A stretch of DNA of 64,000 nt from Octopus sinensis (GCF_006345805.1 NW_021832715.1:38897-102896), one strand, 5' to 3'. Positions 24,985-39,702 are shown, counted from the stretch's first letter. A program made the numbers and translations. Notes: generated by a model from the letters alone, not told the origin.

Positions 24985-25302
24985 CACACTCTCATAGGTT
25001 GAAGGCAAATCACCAAGCCAGTTCATGACTTTTATGTTCATAGCTTGTAAAGTCATGAGCTGGTATGCCCGTAATTTGCATACCTATGAGAAAATTTAGA
25101 TATGAAGTATTTAATATTTATAATTAATCAAACTTCAGAGAAATCAGAGGTAAAATATTTATTTTGTATGTTTATAGCCGTTTCATAATATGTATACAGT
25201 TACATCATTGATGCTAAAGCATCCTACACACTTTTAAGCATATAAAGTATACATATAGAGCTTACAATGAGTTTTATTCAATTACAGGATTCCTTATTAC
25301 TG

Positions 25303-25342
<40 letters not shown>

Positions 25343-26382
25343 CACAGAACTTTTGTATTGGCTTGTGAGATCTATTCAAAGAATTATGCTGAATAAAACT
25401 GAATGCAAATTTGGTTACTGTCACTACGCCATGTTTAATAAAACAGTTTTACTATTTCTTTTTTCTTTTTTTTTATAATATTTAAATGTTAAAAAAACTT
25501 TTCAAATAATATAGTAGAAGAAGATAGAAAAAATATCATAAAATCTCTAACTCTTGACAGTTGAGGCAGAACTCTAACATGTTTGAATTGAAATGATGCA
25601 GAGATATCCATAGATCTTTTTTAGTTCTTCATTACTCTCTGTTCCTGTTCAAATGAAATGAAGAAGTAGCTACTATTGTAAGACAAACAAAGCATTTTAT
25701 TTATAAAATCACATTGTCACAGCTTTAAAATGTCTGATTCCATACATCACAATACTTCAAGCAGATTTCACAAGCAGGTTTAAAAAAAACAAACATTTTA
25801 CATACAAAATAACACTGAAATGGAATTTTGAAAGATTCAGTTACATGCAGTTAGATGACTTACTAATGTTTCCGAGAAGACTAATTTGGAAATAACAAAT
25901 TGTTTTTATCCTACTGTAAAAATTGATTCTTAATACAAAGCTTATAAACTGTGTTGATTATTTCTGTATATAATTCAAGTTATCACACCAATTCAGTGTT
26001 TATTCTTCTTAAGCATTTTTATCCAGCGGTATTAGTAAAATCTACACTTCACTGAAGAGATTTTAATAAGATTGAAACATATCCTGAGATGCCACCCACC
26101 TTCCAAAATCAGAATTACTTACTACTCACTGCCTACATTGCATTTGTAGTTACTTTTTTATTAATGAAAATTTCTGGACAAAGAAGGAATGGGTTGTCAA
26201 CCATGAAACTAATGATTATTCACCCTTATTAAATCAGAAATTCTGATTAAAAACATTTTGTCCCACAAAATTGAATATATTAATGTCAATTTGACTGTTT
26301 AGGACAAAGATTTAATTCTAACCATCACACATTCATGATGGTTTTTACCTTAACTTATATCAAAAACTTACATATCCATTTA

Positions 26383-26840
26383 GGTGCAGGTGTGGCTATG
26401 TGGTAAGAGGCTTGCTTCCCAACCACATGGTTCTGAGTTCAGTCTCCTTGCATAGCACCTTGGGCAAGTGTCTTGGGCTGACCAAAGCTTTGTGAGTGGA
26501 TTTGGCAGACAGAAAACTGCAAGAAGCCCATCATGTATATATTTCTGTGTGTGTGTGTGTGCATATATTTTCCTCATTCTAGCATGGAACATAAACATTA
26601 AATGATGATGGTGATGATTTCTGTGTGTGTCTTTGTGTCTATATTTGTCCCCGCACCATCACTTGTCAATTGATGTTGGTGTGTTTACGTCCCCATAACT
26701 CAGCAGTTCAGCTAAAGAGACCAATAGAATAAGTACTAGGCTTACAAAGAATAAGAGCTGGGGCTGATTTCTTTGACTAAAACCCAAAGTGATGTTCCAG
26801 TATGGCCACAGTCAAGACTGAAACAAGTAAAAGTATAAAA
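26383..26840 (+). mobile_element. Family A SINE, composite/diverged
   Basis: ggtgcaggtgtggctatgtggtaag head, an inserted D-like tail remnant, then the family A 3' half. Confidence 0.75.
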
Positions 26841-27461
26841 GAACCATAACTTCAAACCTATTCCCTTCGTATTCATATACAACCACTGAAACACATAAAA
26901 ATTTTCTTCAATTCCACTAGTTAATTATCACAATTATTCTATTAGGTGCATTAATACACAAACACAACAAACAAAAAAAAAATTGCTAGTCTATAAGTAT
27001 AATTTTTTTTTAAAATTTAGACTTTACATGCATTTTTGAAAATGGAATTAGTTGAATGGATTCTTTAACCTTTTTGACACCTACTCACATGTGACTGCCT
27101 TTAGTTCTCTAAGATAAAACCTCAAAATTTTTTAAATGCTCATATTTACATTAAAACATTTCATCATAGCTTAGTTTTTTTTGGGTTTTTTTTGTGGGGT
27201 GAGTACATAAAACTAAGTTCTAGGCTTTAGGTTAATCATGAAAAAATAAGGGTCTATTTTAATACTTTTGTTGCCATATTTATGTTGAAATATTTCTTTT
27301 AACTTTGAAAGTCATGAATTTAATAGAATAACTTTAACATTAAGCTGGTCTCTGGAGTATAAATTAACATGAAATTTTGATCAGTTTTAATTAAGATCAT
27401 TTTAAGGCCAGAGGTTTGTATCACAGATCAAGGAGTGGTCTTGTGTATTGGTATTAAAATC

Positions 27462-27888
27462 ATCATCATCATCGTTCAACGTCTGCTTTCCATGCTAGCA
27501 TGGGTTGGACGATTTTTGTTGAGGGCTGGCGAACCAGATGGCTGCACCAGGCTCCAGTCTTGATTTGGCAGAGTTTCTACAGCTTGATGCCCTTCCTGAC
27601 ACCAACCACTCTGAGAGTGTAGTGGGTGCTTTTTACATGCCACCGGCATGGGGGCCAGTCAGGCGGTACTGGCAACGACCTCGCTCGAATCCTTTTATAC
27701 ATGCTACCAGCACAGGTGCCAGAAGGCGACTTTGGTAATGATCATGCTCAAATGGTGCCCTTTTACATGTCCACTGGCACGGAAGCCAGTTGGCTGCTCT
27801 GGCAACGATCACGCTTGGATGGTGCTCTTGGCACCCTACTAGCACGGACACAAGTGCCAGAAAGCGACGCTGGTAACGATTACGTTTA
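27462..27888 (-). mobile_element. Family D retroposon with about four internal ~65-bp modules
   Basis: (CAT)n tail and repeated ttttacRtg.cacc.gcac..gccag...ctggcaacga modules. Confidence 0.88.
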
Positions 27889-30202
27889 ATTAAAACATTA
27901 CATCAGTTTTCTGTAAGAACTTTTTAAACTAAAGTTCCAAAGAGAACTTAATAAGGGAAAAAGTGGGTTATTTTACTATACCCTTCCAAATTCTTGATTA
28001 TGTTAAAAAAGAAAAAGCTAAAATACTATAGGCATTAGGAAAATATGGCTACAAAATTGTAAATCCAGATATTTTTGCATAAATTATTGGAAATCGTTGT
28101 TTTGAAACAGTCTTTGCAGTTCAAACTATTCGACTGAAAATAACTAAAATACATATCTAACCTTTTGGTCTTTTGGTAGGCTGATAAAATCTAAGTATCA
28201 TGTCTTGTTTACCATTACAATGTAATGATGAAGAAAATTTAATTTCAGAAGCACAAGTTCATACTATGACCTTAACTTCACGTCTCTTTTAGTGTCAATT
28301 TCGAATTCTTACATTCTCAGACATTGCAAATTGATTGTTAATACAATCCAATAGATTGCATTCAAACATTTATCTTTTCTAGATACTTTCAACATTTTTA
28401 CCAATAAGAGAAAAGTATTCGTTTCTATTGACCAGGAATATAATAATTGGTTCGCATCATGAATAGAATTGATTAAAGAGAGAAACGGTAACAACAATAA
28501 CGATGATAATAGTGGTGGAGATATAATGTCTGCGAATGATAAATATCAATGTGATGATGCATATGGAAGTGTTACATGAAAAACAGAAATAAAACTAAAG
28601 TGCATGAGCATTACACACGCACATACCTACAACAACCGACGTCATTTAAGAATTTTATGAAGGAAAGCAATAACTGTGGGAGGAGGAGGTTATAAAGTTC
28701 AAGTAGTTTCTCTCTTTCTTCCCTTTCTTTTCTCTCCCTCTTTTATTCTTTTCTCTTTTTTTTTTTTTCGCTCTTTTCTCTCTAAGTATTTATCTATGTC
28801 ATGTATGTCTCTTTATGTCTGTTTGTCTCTGTTGCAAAGACTGATTTCTCTAATGCTCCTAGCATTACTGCAATGAATTCATCCGACGGCAGAACTTCTA
28901 CATGGTTGCTTGACCTGCTAGAAATAGCTAGCAAATCTAAAATCATTATCTACTTTTTCCCCACCTTTTAAAGAATGAGCGGGCACATTGAATAAAATTC
29001 AGGTTGGGTGTAGGGAAGATGAGATGGTTACCACAACACCTTCGATAGATAGGTCCACTTTCTCAGGAGCTAAATAACTCCGTCACTATAAATTTGCCAA
29101 ATCTGGTATTGTTTCTGCCCCTAAACATCTTTAATGCACTTGTTCCACCACCCCTTCCCTCACTCCTCCCTCCATGTCTTAACTACCCTATTATTCCCCA
29201 CCTCTTAGACTCTTCTTGTGAAAATGTATTCCATTGAATGAACAAGGGAGTTTCTATGAAATCTTGCTAGAAATAGTCACAAATCTCCCTTAAATAGCAC
29301 CTTACTGTCTTAGATACATTAACCAGTGGGATGGCCACAGTTGGAAGGCCTTTTAATTATAGGTTTCCTGGATTAGGGTTTAGTTGAGAGGATCAAAGGT
29401 CAAAACAGCATCACCCAAATCAATGGTTTATGCAATATTATAGAAAATTATAGTTGTGTAACCATAAAAATACATAGTATTATAATATTTGGGTAATGGT
29501 CAATAAATGCCAGTCATAAACTGAGGTAGTTGATTTAATTGAGAATGTTTCACATTTATGAGTTTTATACTGTAGTGATTCTATGTTGTGTCAAGGTATG
29601 CGATATTTTACTGGATAATTATTAATTTCATTTCCACTTATGAATGCGTGATTATAATTTCTGTAAGCTCTGTGGCTCTCTTGTAGAGAAGAACTAAGTT
29701 TATCATACTTCAGCTGGTTTTTGAATACAAGACATTTAGTTGAATTGACACTGCAAATAATAGGCATTTTTCTATTCCTTGAAGTTACCGATTCTGATTT
29801 ATCAGGACCTCACACATACAGGTACAAAAGCGCACACATGAAATCAGTTCTTGGACATTGGTCTTATACTGTCACTTTGGAATTTATTGCATTCGTTAAG
29901 TGTTCTTCTGTAGCCCTGAGCAGAAGAAAGATGATTTCAGCTTACACAGCATTCATTATTTCAAGACACATTAAGGCTGTGAACAGACATTCAAGTGGTT
30001 TTATTCACATCTAGTCTTCAATGAAAACCTGTCCAGCCATGGATCAATATGGAAAGAGCTAAGTAATATTTCAACAGGAATAGGATCTAGCTGTACAAAA
30101 TCTGCTTTAGTGAATTCTTTCTAACCTATGCAATCATAGAAAAGTGGACATTAAGATCACAATATTGTAAAAGGTCAAGGGTCAGCTGAATTAGTGGGTT
30201 TA

Positions 30203-30580
30203 AGGCACAGGAGTGGCTGTGTGGTAAGTAACTTGCTTCCCAACCATATGGTTCTGGGTTCAGTCCCACTGCATGGCACCTTGGGCAAGTGTCTTCTACT
30301 ATAGCCACAGGCCGACCAAAAGCTTGTATGTAGATTTGGTAGACGGTAACTGATATATGTGTGTGTGTGTGTGTGTGTCTGTCTGTGTTTGTCCTCCCCC
30401 CGCCATCTCTTGACAACAGATGCTGGTATGTTTACATCCCCGTAACTTAACTGTTCAGCAAAAGAGACCGATAGAATAAGTACTAGGTTTACAAAGAATA
30501 AGTCCTGGGGTCGATTTGCTCGACTAAAGGCAGTGCTCCAGTATGGCCGCAGTCAAACGACTGAAACAAATAGAAGAATA
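30203..30580 (+). mobile_element. Family A SINE, full length
   Basis: ggcacaggagtggctgtgtggtaag ... gactgaaacaaatagaag. Confidence 0.9.
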
Positions 30581-31175
30581 GTAGTGTAGCTAATGAAGGA
30601 GCAAGGGGAGTGATTGCTCCTACGCAGCACATTTTTCAAAATTGGTACCTTTTATAAAATGTATAATCAGTGAGTTAAAAATTGTTTGGTCTGTGTCATG
30701 ATGCCTTTTTATGTACTCACTCCTTTCCAACTTTGGAATCAGACTATGCCCCTGGCTGTGAACAAAATGCAGTGTGGTACTTAGTTTTATAATGCTGTAG
30801 ATTTGAAGGATGTTATTGATTAGAAGTCAGTGGTTTTAGTTCAAGGATAAAACTGTTACTATTAGCTTTCCTTGATTATATCAGCATGTACCATGCTTTT
30901 GCTAATGATTTCTAGGTGCCCATGCAATCGTCAGCAAATGTAGACTTACACCATGTACATGCAGCATGAGACAGCTAGAGGAAGAAGGGACAGCATTGAC
31001 TCTGGGCTGGTACTTTATTTATCAAACCAGAATGATAATAACAAAGTTTACCTCAGCAGGAGTTGAAGTAAGTCAGAGCATAGAGCCAGAAGAAATATCA
31101 TTGTGCATTGTATTTCATACTGTCATTACTCAGCTAAGCATATGCACACACACACACTTGCACACTTGCACACTT

Positions 31176-31216
<41 letters not shown>

Positions 31217-31273
31217 CTAAAACACGTGTACATACACATGCACACATATATTCTAACACATGTATATATATAT

Positions 31274-31325
<52 letters not shown>

Positions 31326-31534
31326 ACATGTATATGCACATATACAAATGTACATGTACACAGACACACACACACAAAGAACAAGTTCATGCCAGCTGCA
31401 TTAATTTGCTTTAATTTATAGCTTGGTAAATTCCAGAAAAACTTTTAATGCTCCAATTATAAACATCAACTTAAATGCTCTGGCACGACACATCATTCAT
31501 TTTAATCACCTATATATATATGTATATATATATA

Positions 31535-31929
31535 TATTCTTTTACTTTTTTATTTGCTTCAGTCATTTGACCACCTTTAGTTGAACAAATCTATCCCAGG
31601 ACTTATTCTTTGTAAGCCTAGTTCTTATTCTGTCGGTCTCTATTGTTGAACTGCTAAGTTAAGGGGATGTAAACACACCAGCATCAGTTGTCAAGCAATG
31701 TAGGGGGACAAACACAGACACACAAACATTTATATATACATACACACATATACATACATACACATATATGAAAGGCTTCTTTCAGTTTCCATCTACTTAA
31801 TCCACTCACAAGGCTTTAGTCAGCCTGAGGCTATAGTAGAAGACACTTTCCCAAGGTGCCACATAGTGGGACTGAACCTGCAACCATGTGGTTGGTAAGC
31901 AAGCTACTTACCACACAGCCACTCCTGTG

Positions 31930-31935
<6 letters not shown>
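31535..31935 (-). mobile_element. Family A SINE
   Basis: Full-length match, flanked by (TA)n on both sides. Confidence 0.88.
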
Positions 31936-31965
<30 letters not shown>

Positions 31966-32544
31966 AACTATACCATTCTGTGGTATTCCAATATGGCTTT
32001 AACAGTAATGGCTAATAAAAACTTGAGAACATATCTATGAAGCAAGCCGATTACATCTTCCACAAATGATTCTGTCTGATTTGTTTACTCATTTGCTTTT
32101 ATGTAACAGACATATATATCTGTGTGTGGTTGAGAAATTTGGTTCCCAATTACATGATCTTGGGTTCAATCTCAGTTCATGATACCTTGGACAAGTGTCT
32201 CCTACTAAAGCCATGGGCTAACCCATGTGAGCGGATTTGGTAGAAAGAAAGAAGCCTGTTGAAAGACATGCTTGAGAAATGGTGACCACCTTTGTTCATC
32301 ATCCAGAAATTTCTGAGGTTACTTCAGCCACAGTTCACACATGTGCATCTTTACCCATCACATACCTGAGTTCTGGATTTTCTAATGACCTGGAGGTAGT
32401 TAAGCTAGTGACTTTACTGTCAAGCTGACTCTAAAGCATGAATTTCAGTTCTGACATATGTTAAGTAAAGATTAAATGGAACAGTTCATTTAGTGTATGC
32501 TTGGTCAACTGAGTTTTGTTGTTCCCCCAAACTTGAGTTATATA

Positions 32545-32998
32545 CTCTTTACTCTTTTACTTGTTTAAGTCATGTGACTGTGGCCATGCTGGAGTACCGC
32601 CTTTAGTCGAGCAAATCGACCCCAGGGTTTATTCTTTGTAAGCTTAGTACTTATTCTATCGGCTTCTAAGTTACGGGGATGTAAACACACCAGCATCGAT
32701 TGTCAAGCGATGTTGGGGGGGGGGAGACAATCACAGATACACAAACATACACACACACTTACATATATACACACACACACACACATATATACACACACAC
32801 ACACACATATATATACACACACACACATATACGACGGGCTTCTTTCAGTTTCCGTCTACCAAATCCACTCACAAGGCCTTGATCGGCCCAAAGCTATAGT
32901 AGAAGACACTTGTCGAAGGTGCCACTTAGTGGGACTGAACCCGGAACCATGTTGTTGGTAAACAAGCTACTTACTACACAGCCACTCCTACGCCTATA
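32545..32998 (-). mobile_element. Family A SINE with expanded internal (CA/TA)n
   Basis: Full-length match to the family. Confidence 0.88.
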
Positions 32999-33906
32999 TA
33001 TACATCTATAGATTCTATTATATTTCTGATTATGAGTAAACAGGGTATGGTCGATCAAAGGGCTGACTGAATGAAACTGTTGTCAAAGAATGTAATATCT
33101 GTTTATGTAACATCAAAGACAACACATTTGTTAGTATATGTCAGCAGTGCATAGGCCACTTTCACTTTGAAATGCTATACCTATGCACCCTCCTCATATG
33201 TGGGAATTTCAACAGCAAATTTTGTAAACATTTTGTGATGGTCCTTGCAAGAACTCTGACAGCTGCTGTCTTCTTTTTTCATAATACCTTCTCGGTTTGT
33301 ATTGTTTAAGCAATCAACTCACTCACTGTTCACCTCTTGGAGAATGGTGAAGCTACTAAAGAGTATATCTGTGTTGCTGTTGTTTTAATTTTAGCAGGCA
33401 TAGCTGTGTGGTTAATGAGTTTGCTTCCCAACCATATGGTCTCACATTCAGTTCCACAGCATGGTACCTTAGGCAAGTGTCTTCTTACATGGCTCTGAGT
33501 TGACCATTACCTTGTGAGTGCATCAAACTGATAAAAGCTCTTAGCGTATAAATACATGTGTTGTGTTGTGAATGTTTGTCTCACCTTGTTTTCATGTAAT
33601 GTTTGATAGACATCATGTAGAGTTTTAAATGAATGTCATTCATTTCCAATGTTCTTCGAAGATACGTCTAACCAGGGATAAATATCATATTACTTGGAAA
33701 CAAGTAATGATTAGCAACAGGAAAGGTATCCTGATGTAGAAAATTTACCTCAATAAACCCCATCCCAATCCATGCAAGTATGGAAAAGTGTACATTAAAC
33801 TGATGCTAATGCGGAATAAACAGCAGGAAAGAGTCGTAACTTGCTGGTCTGATTTTACGTCTTGTATATTGGAAAGAATCTAGCTTCTTTTTCTCACTGT
33901 ATATAT

Positions 33907-34137
33907 ATTCTTTTACTACCCACAAGGGGCTAAACACAGAGAGGACAAACAAGGACAGACAAATGGGTTAAGTCAATTATATCGACCCCAGTGCGTAACT
34001 GGTACTTATTTAATCGACCCCGAAAGGATGAAATGCAAAGTCGACCTCGGCGGAGTTTGAACTCAGAACGTAACGGCAGACGAAATACGGCTACGCATTT
34101 CGCCCGGCATGCTAACGTTTCTGCCAGCTCGCCGCCT
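33907..34137 (-). mobile_element. Family B SINE
   Basis: Full-length match to 4596-4827. Confidence 0.9.
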
Positions 34138-35050
34138 ATATCATTCTTATATCACTGTATATCATTCTTCAGGTACATGCTTTAAAGAACTGCACAGTTC
34201 ATTAGGAATGCATCATTAAGTGTAGTAGCAATGGTGCAGTAATCTTGGTGCAGCAACATTGCGTTGATATATTTGCCACCATTTTTGGTGAACTTGTGAA
34301 AAATATTCGATAAGGTCAAACTACTTTCACTATTTATTATTGATTTCAGCTTGTCTTGATTTTAGAAGAGATTACACACACACACATGCACACACATATG
34401 CACACATAAATATCACATACACACATATATCGGCTATACCAACATACTCGCCCCCCCCCCACACACACATAGGCCCAAAAATATGCACACACCACATGCA
34501 TACACGATACACGCATCCCTCTCTCCAACAAAGACCTGTACAACCCCACTCATAGATACATCTTTAAGCCACCCTTATTCCTATACATGTACTCCACATG
34601 CATACACCCCCTTGCACACATTGCTAATCCTCAAGCAAACATACTCCCCCCCCAATACCATACACACACACACACACACACAGTAATACTGACAAACTAA
34701 CACACAGACACGTATATAGGCAACTATGCATGCACGGCCAACATATACATGCACAAACTAATATTTACATACATACTATGTACACACATATATTTCCTTC
34801 ACACATGCATACGACTTTACTCACTCACTCACTCACATATGTGCACATATACACATGCATCACACACACACACACACACACACACATGTATGAACAGAGG
34901 TGTCTGTAAGACTGAAGGTATTAGGCTCACAGAGATATAGATTAATGCAGACACACAGACAGCTTAAGGTCAATGCATAGAACATGAGAAACAGATGGGT
35001 TTATTGATTGGGTAGAATTGAATTTCAGATAGATTGATAAATTGACATGT

Positions 35051-35087
<37 letters not shown>

Positions 35088-35291
35088 TGGAGGAGGAGGG
35101 TGGCATGCTTATGTGAGTATATGCAAATTATACACTAATGAAGACTGAAAACTTACATATGTATGGTGATGATGATGATGGTATTTTTTTTTTTTGTTTT
35201 TTTTAGATTCTCAGTTAAGGCAGGCTATAAATCTGTAAGGAAATAGCATAATCAATCAGTGTCCCTCACTCCTCACACCAGGTTCCCAGCT

Positions 35292-35515
35292 TTAACCCTT
35301 TCGTTACCGTATTTCTGTTGAGATGCTCTGTGTTTCTTTCAATTAATTTTAGAAATAACAAAGAATTTAGTAAAATAACTTCGTTATCATTAAGCTAGGG
35401 TTAGGAACATAAATTGTGACTAAGGTTTGGTGGAAGATTTTAATTCAAAATTTATGGAAACAAGACGTTTGTACTACATAGTCAGTTTCAGCCAGGTTAG
35501 TATCAAAAGGGTTAA
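35292..35515. mobile_element. piggyBac-type MITE (family E), copy 1 of a tandem pair
   Basis: ttaa-ccctttcgttacc ... aaaaggg-ttaa. Confidence 0.85.
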
Positions 35516-35538
35516 GAATTGTTTCTCTATTATATATT

Positions 35539-35767
35539 TTAACCCTTTCGTTACTGTATTTATTTTGAGATGCTCTGTGTTTCTTTCAATTATTTTAGAA
35601 ATAACAAAGAATTTAATAAAATAACTTAATTATCATTAAGCTGGTGTTAGGAACATAAATTGTGACTAAGGTTTGGTGGAAGATTTTAATTCAAAACTTA
35701 TGGAAACAAGATGTTTGTACTACAGAGCCACAGCCGGTTTCAGCCAGGTTGGTAACGAAAAGGTTAA
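35539..35767. mobile_element. piggyBac-type MITE (family E), copy 2
   Basis: ttaa-ccctttcgttac ... ggtaacgaaaagg-ttaa; highly similar to copy 1, 23 bp apart. Confidence 0.85.
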
Positions 35768-38700
35768 AACGTTATCCATATGTATGTATGTATGTGTGTG
35801 CGTGTGTGTATGTATGTATGTATGTGTGTGTGCGTATATATATATACAATGTTGTGTGTAATTTAGTTTACACTCATGCATCATGGTTTCATCAGGTCAG
35901 TTCTTTTAGTGGACTGCACTTTATGTAAAGCTTGCCCTGTTTACTTTACTAATGATCAAATGTATATTAGACTTTACAGAAGTATGTGTAACTCAAGGTT
36001 GTATTCAGTACTTTGATGGTCAATGCAAACCCTTTGGTCCCTATGTGTGTGTGTTTGAAGTATGATGATGTGCTGCTGTGTGTTTTTTTTTTTTGTTTTT
36101 GTTTTTGTTTGTTTTTATATCCTGCCTCATTTAATTACCTGACTTTATCATCTTTTTGCATAATGTATGGTAAATGATTGTCCAAGGATCAAGAATGAAA
36201 CTTGGAATGGTGACATAATGAGTCTTTGCTTTACAACAAAGAAATAAATTATTCTGAAATGCATTCACATGCCTTGATTGGCTGAGTTTGTTTTGCCTAA
36301 AACCCTTGATCAGACACATTTTAGTTATACCCGAGCTGTTTCTTTCATCCCTTTTCTTTTTCTTTCTTTTTTTTTTTCTCTTTTTTTTGCAACATTTATT
36401 TAAATATAACATGCTGGTGTGTTTACATCCCCGTAACTTAGCAGTTCGGCATGAGAGACTGATAGAATAAATACTAGGCTTACAAAGAATAAGTCCTGGG
36501 GTCGATTTGCTCAACTAAAGGCAGTGCTCCAGCATGGCCACAGACACATGACTGAAACAAGTAAAAGAGTAAAGAGGTTTTTTTCAATCTCCCTTTCCCT
36601 TTTTGAGGTGTTATAGAATGATTTGATAATGATTTTAGTTGCTATTTCTAGCAAGTCGGGCAGCGATGCAGTAGTTCTCTCACTGTCTGAGTTTGTAGGA
36701 CTGTGTCTTGAGTGTTAGCTGAATGTTCAGTTGCTCTTATTGATGCTTAAGTTACTATATTGTATAAATAGCTAAAAACACTTTTAAATCATTCACACAC
36801 ACTGTAGTTTCAAATGGGTGCCATGAGGAAGTAACAACTAAACTTCAAGCTAAATAGTTAGCTTCTTGTATAACCACTCAACCTGCTAGTGATAACTGCC
36901 TATTCACCTTCAACTCACATGGTGTTGTCTTAAAAAGAAAAAAAAATCACATCGGATAATGTAATCTTTGATACACTTCAAATAAAAGATGGGATGAATC
37001 TCTTAGGTCTGTTTGATCAGAACTAGTATGTAGCTCAACGACAACAATGAAACCGCTGTTAGTACCAACAAGGGATACTGCATCATCCAGGGGAATATGT
37101 TGTTAGTTTTCTGAAAGTTCAGTGAATTCTTCCAAGATGATGAGCAGTCAAGGGACAGAAAAAATAGTCTACAGTTGAAGAAATATAAAGATTACAAATA
37201 ATTTACTCTGCTTTTAACCTTATAATGCTTATTGCTAATAATTTTTAACTCTTTAAATATTATGTTGTTATAAGGTGTTGGTGGAAACGAATAAAAAGTA
37301 AAAGCTTGGACAAGCTCCAAAGATTTTTACATTTGAAGAATGTTATTGCATGAAGACAATTATGGCTGTTGCAATATTATCGATATTTGAATAAATAATA
37401 TATAAATGTAAAAAAAAAAAAAAATTTTTTTTTTCTTTTCACATCGTACACACTCCTTCCTTTTAGCTGTATAACACCTATTTTTAATAATTCCTGGTAC
37501 TTCAAATAATATGGAAAGGAAACATCAAAACTGTAGTCTTGGATAAGCTCCAAAGACTGAACTTTTGAGTAACATTATTACATACAGGCAATTATAATAT
37601 CTGGCAGATGTTGCAAATTTTTCAGTTCTAAGTTTTATATATATATATATATATATACATACATCATACACACACATATATATTGATAAGTTAGGCTCTG
37701 TTTGATTAATATAGACTTAATAGACTTAAGATAAACCATGTTATTAAAACACCTAATAAAGCTATGCGAGTCTGGCATCTAAGAGACCATAATTTCAACC
37801 CAGACAGTTTCAGCACCAGACTCTCTTTTAGAGAAAGACTAAACAAATAGATAAATGTTCCAACACTTATCTTCTGAATATTTTGTTGTTCAGGCCATTG
37901 CTGTGAGGGCTAAAATGTATTGTTAGGTATAGTACACACACTGAGACAGAAGGGTGTCATGTCTGCATATATGGTTGATGTGTTAGACATGTCAACTATG
38001 TGTGTGTGTGTGCTTGATAGTATTAAACACACTGGAAATTGTGGTGGTTAGTACTATATTAGAGGAGTGCCAGGAGTAATGAGGGCATGCAGTAACTAAA
38101 TTAACGAGCTTATAACTTTCCCCCCCAAGAGCCAAACAGCATGGTATCTTCTGTCCCTGAAGGGCAAACCTGGTTCAGGATGCTGTGAGCTAGATTATTA
38201 GTTTTGTAGTGGACATGCACAAAGAAGCTATACAAAATGGTATTTTTTAAAAAAAAAAAAAAAAGAAAATCATTAAAACTGTGGGATAATTATAATGGAT
38301 TAAATACTGTTTGATATTCACTTGTGTTCCTTAGTCTTGATTTAAAAATTTTGTTGATTTTGACATATTTTTCTCCTTCTGGGTGAACCAATTAAGATAG
38401 AAGCACCAGTTGAAATTTTCAGGTCTTTTATATCTGCGACATACACCACTTTACACACACCAACCTCATGCCAAAACCTAAATGAATAAATTTCAAAAAA
38501 TTGTGGCCTGGTGTCATATTCTGTGTCTGGAATTGTTAATCATTACTTCTTTAAACTAGTGTCTGTATCTTATAGTCATGGCTAAGAAAATGTGACATTT
38601 AAAAGTTGATGACCATGATAGGCAGAAGAATTGCATAAGTAAGATGTGTTAATGGGAATGGTTTTAGAGAAATGGCAACATTCAGTCAGGCAGCAGATGT

Positions 38701-39658
38701 AAATACAATGAGCTTCTTAGAGTTCCTGGCAAGACAAAACTGACATTGTTTGGGACATAGCCACAAAACATTCTTCAACCTATATTATAAAGCCAGCCTA
38801 ACAGGCAATTCTTGTACAAGACTTTTTCTGTCCAGAATAATAATGTCTTTGATTCTACACACCACACAAGACACACTGACTACCCAGACTCGTACACTTG
38901 CATAAATACACACACATGCACATATATTCCCACAACATACCATACCAATAACACACTCAATGCATGCAAGGCACTCAGTTCAATGCAACATGCATAATAC
39001 ATGCAACAAATGAAACACAAAAATACACAACACTCACACATATACTACACACTGTGCATGCACATGTACACACACAAACATACAAATTGCACACACACAC
39101 ACACATTTATACACACAACTTGTATATGCACAATACAACCTTCATATATATGCACACTTATGCTTGACACAGATGCAAGCATACACAGCCTACAGGCATA
39201 CATAATGCACTCAGACATACACAGCAGGCACACACAGACGCACGCACACATACATACACAATATATACACACACGTGAACACAGCTTGTACATATATAAT
39301 ATTCGCGTGCAACACATACACATAGACAACACACATATATTACCGAATATGATTATATTACAATCAATGAAAAAAAAATCAAAAATCCTTAAATAATTTT
39401 AGTTTCATTTTACAATATATATTCAACTTGGCATTATAAAATTGACATTACTGATTATATTTGTAATTGTTAGTATCACCATCATCATAATCATCATCAT
39501 CGTCATTGTCATCATCATCATCCTGAATTGTTATCATTGTTAGCTTTTATGATGATTCTCTGATGTAAGAGGTCAGCTAATCGTTGTAAAAGACATCAGT
39601 GTATGTGTACGATATTATTCTCTTGTTTGGAAGAATCGGAAAGTGTTCTGTTACTTAC

Positions 39659-39702
39659 AAGTTGCTCTTCATTCAAAGACTTCATTGTAACTAAACTTTC
39701 AC
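39659..39702 (-). CDS. Candidate 44-nt exon (xESLVTMKSLNEEQL), phase 1-0
   Basis: Strong acceptor tactctttcttctgtgttag and consensus donor CTT|gtaagt, open frame, in non-repetitive DNA. The best exon candidate in the window. Confidence 0.5.

Noticed and set aside
25864-25913. Exon candidate with a gtaagt donor
   Set aside because: Phase-incompatible with the chain; illustrates the chance rate of such sites.
26050-26090. CTGAAGA...GAAAC hammerhead-like spacing
   Set aside because: Stem II is weak and stem III with a valid cleavage triplet does not form.
27600-27888. CRISPR-like repeat-spacer pattern in family D modules
   Set aside because: Units are degenerate along their whole length, sit inside a (GAT)n-tailed retroposon in animal DNA, and there are no cas genes.
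39659-39702. LVTMKSLNEEQL resembling myosin-head or EF-hand N-terminal motifs
   Set aside because: Too short, and no downstream exon with the expected motif was found; no gene name assigned.
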